A stretch of 64,000 bases of DNA from Terriglobia bacterium. Its GTDB lineage: Bacteria > Acidobacteriota > Terriglobia > 2-12-FULL-54-10. Below, piece after piece: positions 49,736-60,065 of the stretch. The notes under the pieces were generated by a model. The model worked only from the letters and a program-made list of their open reading frames with translations. It did not search any database and had not been told where the DNA came from. The translations under genes were made by a program, and so were the position numbers. Every line of letters starts with the position of its first letter. The first letter of the stretch is position 1. Location of the stretch: assembly GCA_963666975.2 (NCBI GenBank), contig CAXVYR010000003.1:1248001-1312000 (forward strand), in the 5' to 3' direction.

Positions 49736-50767
49736 TCAGGCTTGCGGGACGGCAGAGCGGTCGCTGCTGGCGAGGGGCTGCGTGCGGCAGGTTGCTCCGG
49801 CGCCCTTCATGCAGTAGTCATAACAATTCTTGTGTCCCAGGTAGACGCGCTGAAAGGACTCCTCGAGCGTCCCTCCCAGGTCAAACCGGTCCTCATTGTA
49901 GATTACCGGGCACGGGTAGAAACGGATGCGCCCGCCGATCTTCTGCACGCAGCGGCTGTAGTGGCACATCAGCGTCTCCGCCGGTTTATTGAGGGTCTGG
50001 AAGCAATTGGTTGTGATGAAGACCTCGGGCGAGGGCGTGGCCCCGTTCTCCCCCAGGCGCACCAGTTGGTGGCCCATCTCCATGATGTTTTCAATCAGAT
50101 TGATCTCCACCTTCACACTCTGCTTTTCAAACAACTCCGCGAATCCGTTGCGGATTTCCTCGTCGGTCGAGACGCCGAGAAAAGGCCTCTCGGCATTGAT
50201 GATGGGAACCAATCCCATGGCGGAAAGCTGCCCGACGGTTTCGACGGTCTGGGCGAAGGTGCCCTTGCCGCGGATGGCGTCATGTTCGGAGGGCAAGAAG
50301 CTTTCGAGCGTAATCCGAAACCGCAGCCGGTCGCCGTGCTGGCGGAACAGCCCGGCCAGAGCGTCATAGTGGCTGCGGATGTACCGTCGTCCATTGGTCA
50401 GGATTTCCGTGGGAGCAATAGAGAGGGAGTATTCCAAGCTTGCCAGGAACTCTTCATTCGTTGCAGCCCGGCTGCGTAACACGTCTTCGTTGACAAAAAC
50501 CTCGCCGCCGGTGAAATAAATCTTCCGCACACCGAAAGCGCGGGCGTCGTCCAGATGAGGGCGCAATTCGTTGAAACGGATCTGCTGCAAGGTGTCGTTG
50601 GTGGGCGAGGAAGCCGTATAGCAGTGCTTGCATTTCAGGTCGCACAGCGACCCCTGCATCACCCACAGGTCTTCGAGCACCGGACGGCCATCCCGCAACT
50701 TCGGTTCGACAAAGCCCCGCTGCTCGCCTTTGGGGCTGGTCAACTCAATTCCGTTCGGATGTGACAC
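49736..50767 (-). CDS. Radical SAM protein
   Basis: CDLKCKHC, FTGGE, LTNG, RGKGTF; Cys-rich C-terminus. Confidence 0.9.
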   Translation of the reverse strand: MSHPNGIELTSPKGEQRGFVEPKLRDGRPVLEDLWVMQGSLCDLKCKHCYTASSPTNDTLQQIRFNELRPHLDDARAFGVRKIYFTGGEVFVNEDVLRSRAATNEEFLASLEYSLSIAPTEILTNGRRYIRSHYDALAGLFRQHGDRLRFRITLESFLPSEHDAIRGKGTFAQTVETVGQLSAMGLVPIINAERPFLGVSTDEEIRNGFAELFEKQSVKVEINLIENIMEMGHQLVRLGENGATPSPEVFITTNCFQTLNKPAETLMCHYSRCVQKIGGRIRFYPCPVIYNEDRFDLGGTLEESFQRVYLGHKNCYDYCMKGAGATCRTQPLASSDRSAVPQA

Positions 50768-50976
50768 AGACGCCTCCAGACCCGCCGCTCCACCTGGTTC
50801 TGTTACTCCTGCTCCCTTGCTCTTCCGCCTTTTTTACCAACTACTTTCACCTAACCACAAGCCAGCCTGCTTTCCAGCACAAAGCGCTCCCGCACAAAAT
50901 AACAGTCTCTCATTAGATGCCTGAAGATAGCGCTGCGATGCAGTTTCGCTTCCCTCTCCGGGCGGAAACGGCGCGG

Positions 50977-52821
50977 TCACTTGCGCAGGTGGCGACGCAC
51001 GCTGGTCACCACTACCTTAGGTTTGAACATCAGGGCTCCGCGAAGGATCAGTCCACTCTGGTTGTGCAGAAGCTGCTGCCACCAGTGCGCCGGAACGAAC
51101 TCCGGCAACAGGACGGTGACTACATCATCATTTCGGAAGGCCTCCACCTCATCGACGAATTTCAGCAAGGGACGCAGAATGGAGCGATAGGGCGAGTTCA
51201 ACACCACCAAGGGAACATCCGTCACCCAGTGTTCCCATTGCTCCACAAGTTTATCGCGGTCCGCGTTATCCACATTGATTTGAACGGCGATCACGTCCTT
51301 GGAAATGGAACGGGCATATTCGATAGCGCCGAGGCTGACCACATTGATGCCCGCAATCGGAACCACGACCGTGTGCTTCAACTCCCGCATGCGGTCGTAG
51401 GATGCCACCGAGAGATCCGTCGTAACCTGGAAGTAATGCCTGCGAATGCGCAGAAACAGCCACACAAAAGCCGGGGTGGCGATCAACACGACCCATGCCC
51501 CATGCATAAACTTCACAGTGGCAACCGCCAGCAGCACCAATGCTGTTGTGATTGCCCCAAAAGCGTTCAACGCCATTCGCCAGCGAAATCCCTTGCTGCG
51601 CAAGCGTCTCCAGTGGATGACCATGCCCGTCTGGCACAATGTAAATCCAACGAACACCCCCACCATATAAAGAGGGATCAGGCTGTGGACGTCACCGCCG
51701 AACCAGATCACCAGCCCGCTGGCCATCAGTCCCAGAAAAATGATTCCGTTTGAAAACACCAGCCGGTCCCCCAGATTGGCAAACTGCCGGGGGAGAAAGC
51801 GGTCTCTGGCGATGAAGGAACTGAGCCGGGGAAAACTTGTGAAACTGGTGTTGGCCGCCAGGATCAGAACCGTCATGGTCACCAGTTGCATCGCAAAATA
51901 AACATATCCGTCCCCGAAGGTCTCGCGGCTCAGTTGCGAGAGGATCGTTTGATCCTCCAGCGGCTGGAGCCTGTAGAGATTGGTTGCAATGGTGATGCCC
52001 AAAAATAAGCTTGCCAGGATGGCGCCCAAGGTGAAAAGCGTGACCTTGGCGTTCCGCGATACCGGTTTCTTAAATGCATCGACCCCGTCGGCAACCGCCT
52101 CCACTCCGGTTAAAGCCGTGCAACCGGAGGCAAAGGCCCGCAACAGAAGAACCAGGGCCAATGGTTCGAAGGCCGGCATCTCAATAGGCGGCGCATCATT
52201 CGGAACCGAGGCGGCGCCTGTGAGGTACCGCAGGATAGCCACAATCACCAAAACGTATGCGAAAAGAATAAACAGATAGACGGGACCGGCAAACAGCGCC
52301 GCTGATTCGCGGGCGCCCCGTAAATTGACCAGCATAATCAGAAAAATAGCCAGCAGGCACAGGCCGATGCGATGAGGAAACAAAGAAGGGACCGCCGAAG
52401 TAATGGCTGCTACACCGGCTGCGACGCTCACGGCGACCGTCAGGATATAATCCATCAGCAGAGCGGCTCCGGCGGTCAAACCGGCATAGATTCCCAGATT
52501 TTCCTTCGCGACAGCGTAGGCTCCGCCGCCGGTCGGATACGCCTCCAGCACCTGGCTGTAGGAGGTCACCACAATCCAAAGCAGGCCCACAATCATCAAC
52601 GCCGCTGGAATCGAGAGGACCGAGAGAGAAAGGAACAGCGCTCCGGCAAACGGCAGTGCGCGGAGCATCTCTTCGGTGGCGTAAGCGGTGGACGAAAGGG
52701 CGTCGGATGACATGACGGTGAGCGCCGCCTTCTTACTCAGCTTCTGCTCACCCGCCTCGTCCGACCTGCGAGGACGGCCTACGAATATCTGCTTTAACCC
52801 CGCCACGGCCAGACCCCGCAA
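50977..52821 (-). CDS. APC-family permease, KimA/YdaO-like (start codon uncertain)
   Basis: SSDALSSTAY, YPTGGGAY, NLRG, TALTGVEA, SPYR, LLHNQ. Confidence 0.88.
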   Translation of the reverse strand: MRGLAVAGLKQIFVGRPRRSDEAGEQKLSKKAALTVMSSDALSSTAYATEEMLRALPFAGALFLSLSVLSIPAALMIVGLLWIVVTSYSQVLEAYPTGGGAYAVAKENLGIYAGLTAGAALLMDYILTVAVSVAAGVAAITSAVPSLFPHRIGLCLLAIFLIMLVNLRGARESAALFAGPVYLFILFAYVLVIVAILRYLTGAASVPNDAPPIEMPAFEPLALVLLLRAFASGCTALTGVEAVADGVDAFKKPVSRNAKVTLFTLGAILASLFLGITIATNLYRLQPLEDQTILSQLSRETFGDGYVYFAMQLVTMTVLILAANTSFTSFPRLSSFIARDRFLPRQFANLGDRLVFSNGIIFLGLMASGLVIWFGGDVHSLIPLYMVGVFVGFTLCQTGMVIHWRRLRSKGFRWRMALNAFGAITTALVLLAVATVKFMHGAWVVLIATPAFVWLFLRIRRHYFQVTTDLSVASYDRMRELKHTVVVPIAGINVVSLGAIEYARSISKDVIAVQINVDNADRDKLVEQWEHWVTDVPLVVLNSPYRSILRPLLKFVDEVEAFRNDDVVTVLLPEFVPAHWWQQLLHNQSGLILRGALMFKPKVVVTSVRRHLRK

Positions 52822-52995
52822 TCCGCAATCGAGCTTGTTGCTGTTTGGTTGATTCTGGAAATCAAGAAGGCGAGGTCCACGGGCTCAGTGGCGGGGGAAA
52901 AAGCAGCAAAAGTTGCGGCGGACGATTCAACCAGAGGACTGCACCCCAAAATGAAGGTCCGGCTCTCTCTAGCAGCGGAAAGCCTGGCAAAAGCG

Positions 52996-53025
52996 ATTAT
53001 ACACTGCGCGCTCTCCCGCAAACAA
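52996..53025 (-). promoter_or_regulatory. Candidate sigma70 promoter for the permease
   Basis: TTGTTT, 18-bp spacer, perfect TATAAT. Confidence 0.55.
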
Positions 53026-53043
53026 AAGGATGCATCGGGCGAC

Positions 53044-54738
53044 TCAGTCGCGGGAGGCGTTGATTTCGAGGAAAGCCTTGAGCTTGCGGCTCCGAGAGGG
53101 ATGGCGCAGTTTACGTAACGCCTTGGCCTCAATCTGCCGGATGCGTTCCCGTGTTACAGCGAAGCTCTGCCCCACCTCTTCCAGGGTGCGCTCGCTGCCA
53201 TCTTCCAGCCCGAAGCGCATTTTGATGACTTTTTCTTCGCGCGGAGTCAAAGTTTTGAGCACCCCGGCGGTCTGTTCTTTCAGATTGACGTTGATGACCG
53301 CTTCTGCCGGCGAGACAGCTGCCTGATCCTCAATGAAGTCGCCCAGGTGAGAATCCTCCTCCTCCCCAATAGGCGTCTCCAGTGAAATGGGTTCCTGGGC
53401 AATCTTAAGGACCTTCCGCACCTTGCCCACGGGAATATCCATCCGTTTGCCGATCTCTTCGCTGGTCGGCTCCCGGCCGTATTCCTGGACCAGTTGTCGC
53501 GAGGTGCGGATCAGCTTGTTGATGGTTTCAATCATGTGCACCGGAATGCGGATGGTGCGCGCCTGGTCGGCAATCGCCCGAGTGATGGCCTGGCGAATCC
53601 ACCATGTGGCGTAGGTGGAAAACTTGTAACCTCTGCGGTATTCGAACTTGTCTACCGCCTTCATCAATCCGATGTTGCCTTCCTGGATGAGGTCCAGGAA
53701 CTGCAAACCCCGGTTGGTATACTTTTTGGCGATGGAAACTACCAGCCGCAAATTGGCCTCTGTCAGATCCTGCTTGGCAATCTCGGCGTCCCGCTCCCCT
53801 TCAGCGAGGATTTGAAGAGTCCGGCGCAACTCGGCAGACTTGGCTCCGGATTCCTCCTCAATGGCGGAAATCAGGCTCTTGGCCTGATTCAGGCTTTTGC
53901 GCAATTCCTTGGCCGTGTCACCCTTGGCCGAATTCAGCCGCGTCTCAATCCGCTTCCGCTCCCGTTCCAGCGATTGAAGCGAATACACGGTGCGGTAGAC
54001 CTTTTCGATCAGGCGCTTGCGTTCCGTGTGCGTGAACTCGATCCCCCGGATCATCTGGGATATCCGGATCCGGAGGCGCGCCAGCCGGAAGCGAGCCCTT
54101 CGAAATTCCTTCGGTTTCTTTGTCCTCGGAATCTTCTCCAGGCGCAGTTTCGACTGCTGCATCTTTTTGTAGAGCTTGCTGATCTCTTCAATGGTTTCGC
54201 AGACCTCTTCCAGCTTCTCCTGGACGCGCTCCTCGGTTAATTCATCGTCATTGAAGACCACCAATTCTTTGATTGTCCTGGCGGAGGAGCGCAGGTCTTT
54301 TCCCAGAAGAAGAAGCTCTTGGACGATGATGGGGGACCGGGATATCACCTTCAGGACATTGTTTTGTCCCTGCTCGATGCGTTTGGCTATCTCTACTTCT
54401 CCATTGCGGGTCAGCAGCGGCACGGTCCCCATCTCGCGCAAGTACATACGCACCGGATCGTTGGTTTTCTCAAGGGAGCCCGGGCTGAGGTCCAACTCCG
54501 CATCCTCGCCGGCGTCGTCCAGCCTGGCCTCCATCTTCCCGTCCGGCGACAGTTTCGGGCTTTCCTCGACGACTTCAATACCCGCCGTCCCAAAAGTGGC
54601 CAGGATGTCCTCTATCTCTTCCGAGTTGCTGATGTCGGCCGGCAACAGCTCATTGACTTCGTCGTAGAGCAAATAACCCTTTTCTTTTCCCAAGGCGATC
54701 AGTTCCATCACCTGATCATATTTGTCTTCGATACCCAA
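53044..54738 (-). CDS. rpoD: RNA polymerase primary sigma factor
   Basis: Region 1.1, [44 protein letters not shown]. Confidence 0.97.
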   Translation of the reverse strand: MGIEDKYDQVMELIALGKEKGYLLYDEVNELLPADISNSEEIEDILATFGTAGIEVVEESPKLSPDGKMEARLDDAGEDAELDLSPGSLEKTNDPVRMYLREMGTVPLLTRNGEVEIAKRIEQGQNNVLKVISRSPIIVQELLLLGKDLRSSARTIKELVVFNDDELTEERVQEKLEEVCETIEEISKLYKKMQQSKLRLEKIPRTKKPKEFRRARFRLARLRIRISQMIRGIEFTHTERKRLIEKVYRTVYSLQSLERERKRIETRLNSAKGDTAKELRKSLNQAKSLISAIEEESGAKSAELRRTLQILAEGERDAEIAKQDLTEANLRLVVSIAKKYTNRGLQFLDLIQEGNIGLMKAVDKFEYRRGYKFSTYATWWIRQAITRAIADQARTIRIPVHMIETINKLIRTSRQLVQEYGREPTSEEIGKRMDIPVGKVRKVLKIAQEPISLETPIGEEEDSHLGDFIEDQAAVSPAEAVINVNLKEQTAGVLKTLTPREEKVIKMRFGLEDGSERTLEEVGQSFAVTRERIRQIEAKALRKLRHPSRSRKLKAFLEINASRD

Positions 54739-55000
54739 CTGACTCTCCTCAACAACGCCCCCACCCGGGGCCAGGAAAAATGTTTTGATAGTTGTCCTGC
54801 TTGTTTCGTTCCAAGCCTGTGGCCCGCAGCGTGGACTCCAGACTTGTTAACCGTTTCTACTCCACTTAAGGCCATAACGCTCAAGGTTCCCTCCCAAGGC
54901 AAGGCACCCGTAGCATTTGAGGGCCTGTAAAATACAAGCCTGTCTTTTTATGAGATGTAGAAAGTCCCTGTAGGGGTGTCCGGAACGGCCATAAAACTTC

Positions 55001-56764
55001 TTATTGTAACAACTCTGTTAGCCGCCTGTCAATATCCTGCTGTTCTCGGAGTAGTTCCATGGTTAACTGGCCGTCACTTTGTTTCTGCGCCTGCTGTATC
55101 CTATGCTGTAGTGACACTCTTTCCCTCTGCATGCGTTTCCGTTCCAGGGCCAATATATAAGTGCTTACTTCGTCTATATTTACAGGTCTAGCCTCCTTGT
55201 CGAACACGATTTCTGCCAGAATGCGCTGTTGGGCTTCTTCTAATCGGTCTGCCAGGGAAGCCATGGCGGGAGCGCCCCCTCCCTCGATCATGCCCACAAG
55301 AGCAGACACAATTGTTCCTGCCTCAAACTCGGGCAACAAGTTCTTTTGCCTCAGCACGGGAACAACCTCCTGCCTTGCTTCCTCGCTGCCCAGTAACAGG
55401 CGAATCAACATCGCCTCCGCCGACGGAATCCGGGCAGCCGCCCGAGGTAGCTGAAAAGATTCCCGCCGCGCTACTGCCGCCTCGCGGAATGTATCCCATA
55501 CGATACCGGGGCTCACGTCTATCTTTTGAGCAATATCGGCAACCAGCTCCGCCCGGATGAGCTTATTGGGCACCTTAGCCACAAAAGGCAGGGCGAAGTT
55601 CAGGCCTGCTACCTTGGCCTCCGGTGTTGACTTTCCGTGCATCTCCAGGACACGTGCCGCCAAATAGCGAAAGAAAGGTTCCGCCTCGGCCAGACGGGCG
55701 CGATAGGCCTCGCCGCCCTTTTTCTGAGTGAATTGGTCGGGGTCCATATTTTCTTCCAGCCGCAAGACCCGAACGCTCATCTCTTCTTCCAGCAGGACCG
55801 ATAACGAGCGGTCTGTCGCTGTTTTTCCAGCCGAGTCCGGATCGTAATTGACAACCACTTCGCGTCCATAACGAGAAAGCTTTTGGACCTGCCACTGGGT
55901 AAGACTGGTCCCGCAACTGGCCACCACGTTTCGAACTCCTGCCTGATAAACCGCAATGGCATCCATGTACCCCTCCACCAGGACCGCGCTGTTGGAACCC
56001 CGGATAGCCTCGCGCGCCCGAAAGAGGTTATAAAGAATGTGGCTTTTGGAGTAAAGAGGAGTTTCCGGCGAGTTGAGATACTTGGGCTGCTCGGAACCAA
56101 CCGCCCGGCCAGCGAAGGCGACGACCTTCCCATTTTCCGCCTCAATGGGGAATATCCAGCGGTTGCGGAACCGGTCCCGAAATCCGCCGCCGTCGCGCCG
56201 CAAGAGCAATCCACTTTCCTCCAGGACTTTCTCCGGAAACCCTTCCTTGAGCAGGAAGCTTGCCAGGGAACTTCCCTTGCCTGGAGCAAATCCCAGACCG
56301 AATTCCTCCACCGTCTCCGCCCTAACCCCTCGTTTGCGGATAATTTCGCGCAGCGGGGAAGCTTCCGACGATTGCAGTTGTTTCCGGTAGAAGTCCAGAG
56401 CGCGCTGATGAAGCTCCTGCAAGGCGGCACGCAAACGCGCCTCGGGGCTGCTGGACCCGCCACTGGGAACGTCCTGGGGAACCGGAATCCCCGCCAGTTG
56501 CGCCACGCGCCGCACAGCTTCCGGAAACGAGAGCCGCTCCGTCGCCATGACGAACTGGAAGACATCCCCTTTGGCTCCGCAGCCAAAGCAGTAGTAAAAC
56601 TGCCGCGCCGCATGCACCGAAAAGGAAGGAGTCTTTTCCTGATGAAAGGGGCACAAACCCAGATAGTTGTTGCCGCTCTTCTTCAGCCGAACCTGCTCGC
56701 CGATGACGCGAACAATATCGGCGGCGCTTTTTACATGCTGTGCGAAATCACTGGGCAGGGCCAT
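55001..56764 (-). CDS. dnaG: DNA primase
   Basis: CPFHQEKTPSF/CFGC zinc finger, KYLNSPET, EGYMD, DPDSAG. Confidence 0.97.
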   Translation of the reverse strand: MALPSDFAQHVKSAADIVRVIGEQVRLKKSGNNYLGLCPFHQEKTPSFSVHAARQFYYCFGCGAKGDVFQFVMATERLSFPEAVRRVAQLAGIPVPQDVPSGGSSSPEARLRAALQELHQRALDFYRKQLQSSEASPLREIIRKRGVRAETVEEFGLGFAPGKGSSLASFLLKEGFPEKVLEESGLLLRRDGGGFRDRFRNRWIFPIEAENGKVVAFAGRAVGSEQPKYLNSPETPLYSKSHILYNLFRAREAIRGSNSAVLVEGYMDAIAVYQAGVRNVVASCGTSLTQWQVQKLSRYGREVVVNYDPDSAGKTATDRSLSVLLEEEMSVRVLRLEENMDPDQFTQKKGGEAYRARLAEAEPFFRYLAARVLEMHGKSTPEAKVAGLNFALPFVAKVPNKLIRAELVADIAQKIDVSPGIVWDTFREAAVARRESFQLPRAAARIPSAEAMLIRLLLGSEEARQEVVPVLRQKNLLPEFEAGTIVSALVGMIEGGGAPAMASLADRLEEAQQRILAEIVFDKEARPVNIDEVSTYILALERKRMQRERVSLQHRIQQAQKQSDGQLTMELLREQQDIDRRLTELLQ

Positions 56765-56868
56765 GGGTCCACAGATTATACAGCTTCGGCAAAATCGAGG
56801 GATTCAGTATTCTCGGTTCTTTCGGTCGCGTTCGAAGCGGTTTTCCTCCTGAGTTCCGAATCCTGCCG

Positions 56869-57088
56869 CCATCCGAGCCGCGACAGTAATGGAGCACCCT
56901 GCCAACCTGGCTCACCAGGAACAGCTCGGGATCATAGCCACCGCTTCAGACATCAAATCGGTTTGGGCATCGCTATCGTTCGGACAACTTGCCAAAATCA
57001 CAGACCCAGCGCCAAATTGTACATATTTCGCTGTGGGTCACGGTTGCCGTCCTGAGCAACCGCTCCATTACTGTCGCGGCTCGGATGG
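56869..57088. repeat. Perfect 27-bp inverted repeat pair (REP-like) around a 166-bp spacer
   Basis: CCATCCGAGCCGCGACAGTAATGGAGC at 56869-56895 and its exact reverse complement at 57062-57088. Confidence 0.9.
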
Positions 57089-57210
57089 GGTTGTGCCTTC
57101 GATAACTGCGATCTCCTCTTCCGTCAGGCCGTACAACTCATACACCAGCCGGTCAATCTCCGCGTCGGTCGAGTTAATCTGGCGCTGGAGAACAGCCTTC
57201 TGGGCTGCTG
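57068..57210 (-). pseudogene. C-terminal remnant of an Eco57I/Type IIG-like restriction-modification enzyme
   Basis: LQRQINSTDAEIDRLVYELYGLTEEEIAVIE tail motif with no methylase or nuclease domain upstream. Confidence 0.7.
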
Positions 57211-57417
57211 CTTTAATCAGAGCCGCGACTGTGAAGGCGCGTTCACACAACCAACATAATCCCGCAACGCCTGAGCGATCATTGCGACTCTCGGTTTTGT
57301 CATCCCCCATTACTTCCACGTTCGTTGACCAAGCAACGAATCTCGGTTCCCACCCGACGTTCGGTGGCCGCTCCATGACTGTCCCCTCGGCTTTGCTCGG
57401 GGCAGGCGCGGCTCGGA

Positions 57418-59979
57418 TCATACCTTCAACTCAACAATCGTTGCCCCGGCTCCTCCTTCATTCTGGGGAGCCGTGGAAAATTTCTCCACGTGCGGATGTT
57501 CGGCAAACATTTCCGCCAGGGTTTTCCGCAGGATTCCCTTTCCGCTCCCATGGACGATCCGCACCTGTGACAGTTGCGCCAGGAAGGCATTATCCAAAAA
57601 TTTGTCCACGCGCCGCCGGGCTTCCTCCGCTGTCTCCCCGATGACGTTGATCTCCGAAAGAGAGCCTTTGGCCGCCGTTTCCATCCGGATGCTCACTGCC
57701 TGCGGCGCAAAATCCTTTTTGGCAGGAGTGGCGGGGATCACTTCCTCTATATCCTCTGCGGGAACCCTGGTGTGCAGGCGACCGATCTCCACCTCCAGCC
57801 AATCCTGCGTCCTGTTGCGGACAGTGCCCACCTTGCCGAAACTTTTTAATCTTACATGGTCGCCCACTCGCGCTTCCGGCTTCGCTTCTGTTAGGCCGGG
57901 ATCAGTTACCCCTTCCCCGGCGAGGTGGCCGACCACGGTTTGCCGCAACTCTTCGGCGGCCTGCTGGCGGAGCCGGGACGCCATGCGTGCGGCCTCTCGC
58001 TGGGGGTCCGTCCGGCGCGCACGTCCAGTCGCACTCCCGGTCACATGAGTGGTCGCATGAGTGGCCGCCTGCGCGCTGACTTCGCGCAGCTTCTGCGCGG
58101 CTTGTTCTTCAAAACTTTGCCAGAGCGATTCCAGTTGCCGCTCCCACTGCCGGGTCCGCTCGGCTTCTCGCTGACGGAGCATTGCATTCCATTCTTTCTC
58201 TTGTTGTGCCAGCGCGGCTTGTTTTGCCTCCAACTCGGCGCGCACGCGAATGGAGGCGTCCTCCGCGCCCCGCAACCGGGCCAGGAGATCCTCCACCTCC
58301 GCATGGGCGGAGGTCAAAGCCAGCCGAGCCCGCTCCAGCACCTCCGGCTGAAGTCCCAGTCTTTGGGCAATGGCAAGCCCGCTCGACTTTCCGGGCCATC
58401 CCATCTCCAGACGGTACGTCGGCTGGAGCGTCTCCTCGTCAAAACCCATGCTGGCATTTTTCACCCCGGCGGTGTTGGTCGCATAGGCCTTCAGCGCCAG
58501 ATGATGAGTAGAAACAATGGCAAAGGCGCCGGCGGATCGAAAGCTGTCCACCACGGCCACGCCCAAGGCCCCGGCCTCCTCCGGGTCGGTGGCGGAGCCC
58601 ACTTCATCCAGCAGCACGAGCGAGTTCCGGCTGGCCGCCCCAATCATAGAAGAAATGTTCAGCAGATGAGCCGAAAAAGTGCTGAGGCTTTCCTGGATGG
58701 ATTGGTAGTCTCCGATGTCGGCCAGGATGCGGTCGAAAACCGGGAACTCAGCCTCAGCGGCAGGCACCGGCAGACCCGCCAGGGCCATCAGCGCCAGCAG
58801 GCCCGCTGTCTTCAAGGCAACAGTTTTTCCTCCCGTGTTGGGGCCGCTGATGACCAGGACCCGGTCCTCGCCTTCCATCGCCAGCGACACTGGAACTACC
58901 GGCGTTCCCTTTTTCCGCAGGAGGGCTTCGAGCAAAGGGTGTCTGGCGTCTTGCAAGACAAGGCGTGCAGGACCGGAGGCGGGACTGAACCGGGGAATGA
59001 CGCAGTCATAATCAATGGCAAACCGACCGCAGGCAAATGCCAGGTCCAGCACTCCCAAACAGTCGGCCGTCTCGGAAAGCTCACGCGCCTGCTGCCGCAA
59101 GTGGTAAGTCATCTCGGTCAAAATTCTGAAAATTTCCCGCTTCTCTTCCTCCATCAAGCGGACCAATTCGTTATTCAGGTCCATGGTCTCCAGCGGCTCA
59201 ACGTAAACCGTCTGGCCGCTGGAGCTGGAGCCGTGCACGATGCCCTTTACCCGTCCCTTGCGTTCCACGCGAACCGGCACCACAAACCGCTCGCCGCGGA
59301 TGGTAATGATCTGCTCCTGCGCAGAAGCTTCTTCCGTCTGGCTCCGCAGGAAGTTGCGGAGAGAGGAATGTATCAGTGCTCTCTGCTTTTCCTCTTCCCG
59401 CCGAATTCGTTTCAGCTCCGGGCTGGCATGGTCGTCCAGCTCGCCCGAGGGCAGAATTTTTCCACGCAACTGCTTCAGCAGGAAATGGAAATCACCGATG
59501 CGCGAAGCCTGTTCAGCCAGCCGGTCAAACCTGCCGGCGACCGCGAGCAGGTTTCGCTTGATATTAGACGCTTTTTCGGCAAGGGCGAGCAGTTCCACGA
59601 TCTCCGAAATTTCGAGCGTTCCCCCATCCAGCGCTGCTTTGGAAAGTGCCGGATCAGGATCGGTCAAGCCTGAGAAATTCAGCGGCAGGGTAGGAGATGG
59701 CTCGTCACGCGGCAGCAAAATGGCTCTGCTGGTTCCAGGCCGCTGTTGTTGCCAGACACTTTTGCTTTTTGCTTCCTGCGACTCTCGATTTAACCCAATA
59801 TTGGACCGCAGATATTCCCTGGCTTGTTCCGCAAGCTGCTGCCTGGCGGTAATCACATCCAGTTCCTGCAAGAGAACCAATGAACGCAGCTTGGCCTTTC
59901 CCAGCGGGCAGCGGACATAGCTCTCCAGCAGCGATAACAGCTCGTCGAATTCCAACAGCTTGAAAGTGTCTGCACTCAT
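57418..59979 (-). CDS. mutS2: MutS2 (ATPase plus Smr domain)
   Basis: ARHP, SGPNTGGKT, SLSTFS, LLDE.G..TDP.E, Smr HGSGKG. Confidence 0.95.
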   Translation of the reverse strand: MSADTFKLLEFDELLSLLESYVRCPLGKAKLRSLVLLQELDVITARQQLAEQAREYLRSNIGLNRESQEAKSKSVWQQQRPGTSRAILLPRDEPSPTLPLNFSGLTDPDPALSKAALDGGTLEISEIVELLALAEKASNIKRNLLAVAGRFDRLAEQASRIGDFHFLLKQLRGKILPSGELDDHASPELKRIRREEEKQRALIHSSLRNFLRSQTEEASAQEQIITIRGERFVVPVRVERKGRVKGIVHGSSSSGQTVYVEPLETMDLNNELVRLMEEEKREIFRILTEMTYHLRQQARELSETADCLGVLDLAFACGRFAIDYDCVIPRFSPASGPARLVLQDARHPLLEALLRKKGTPVVPVSLAMEGEDRVLVISGPNTGGKTVALKTAGLLALMALAGLPVPAAEAEFPVFDRILADIGDYQSIQESLSTFSAHLLNISSMIGAASRNSLVLLDEVGSATDPEEAGALGVAVVDSFRSAGAFAIVSTHHLALKAYATNTAGVKNASMGFDEETLQPTYRLEMGWPGKSSGLAIAQRLGLQPEVLERARLALTSAHAEVEDLLARLRGAEDASIRVRAELEAKQAALAQQEKEWNAMLRQREAERTRQWERQLESLWQSFEEQAAQKLREVSAQAATHATTHVTGSATGRARRTDPQREAARMASRLRQQAAEELRQTVVGHLAGEGVTDPGLTEAKPEARVGDHVRLKSFGKVGTVRNRTQDWLEVEIGRLHTRVPAEDIEEVIPATPAKKDFAPQAVSIRMETAAKGSLSEINVIGETAEEARRRVDKFLDNAFLAQLSQVRIVHGSGKGILRKTLAEMFAEHPHVEKFSTAPQNEGGAGATIVELKV

Positions 59980-60065
59980 ATCGCCGGATACCGTTCGTGA
60001 AAAGCGGAACCTTCAGAACGCGGCCTGCGCCGGAATGGCAAAAACAACCCGGAACAAAATTCCCC

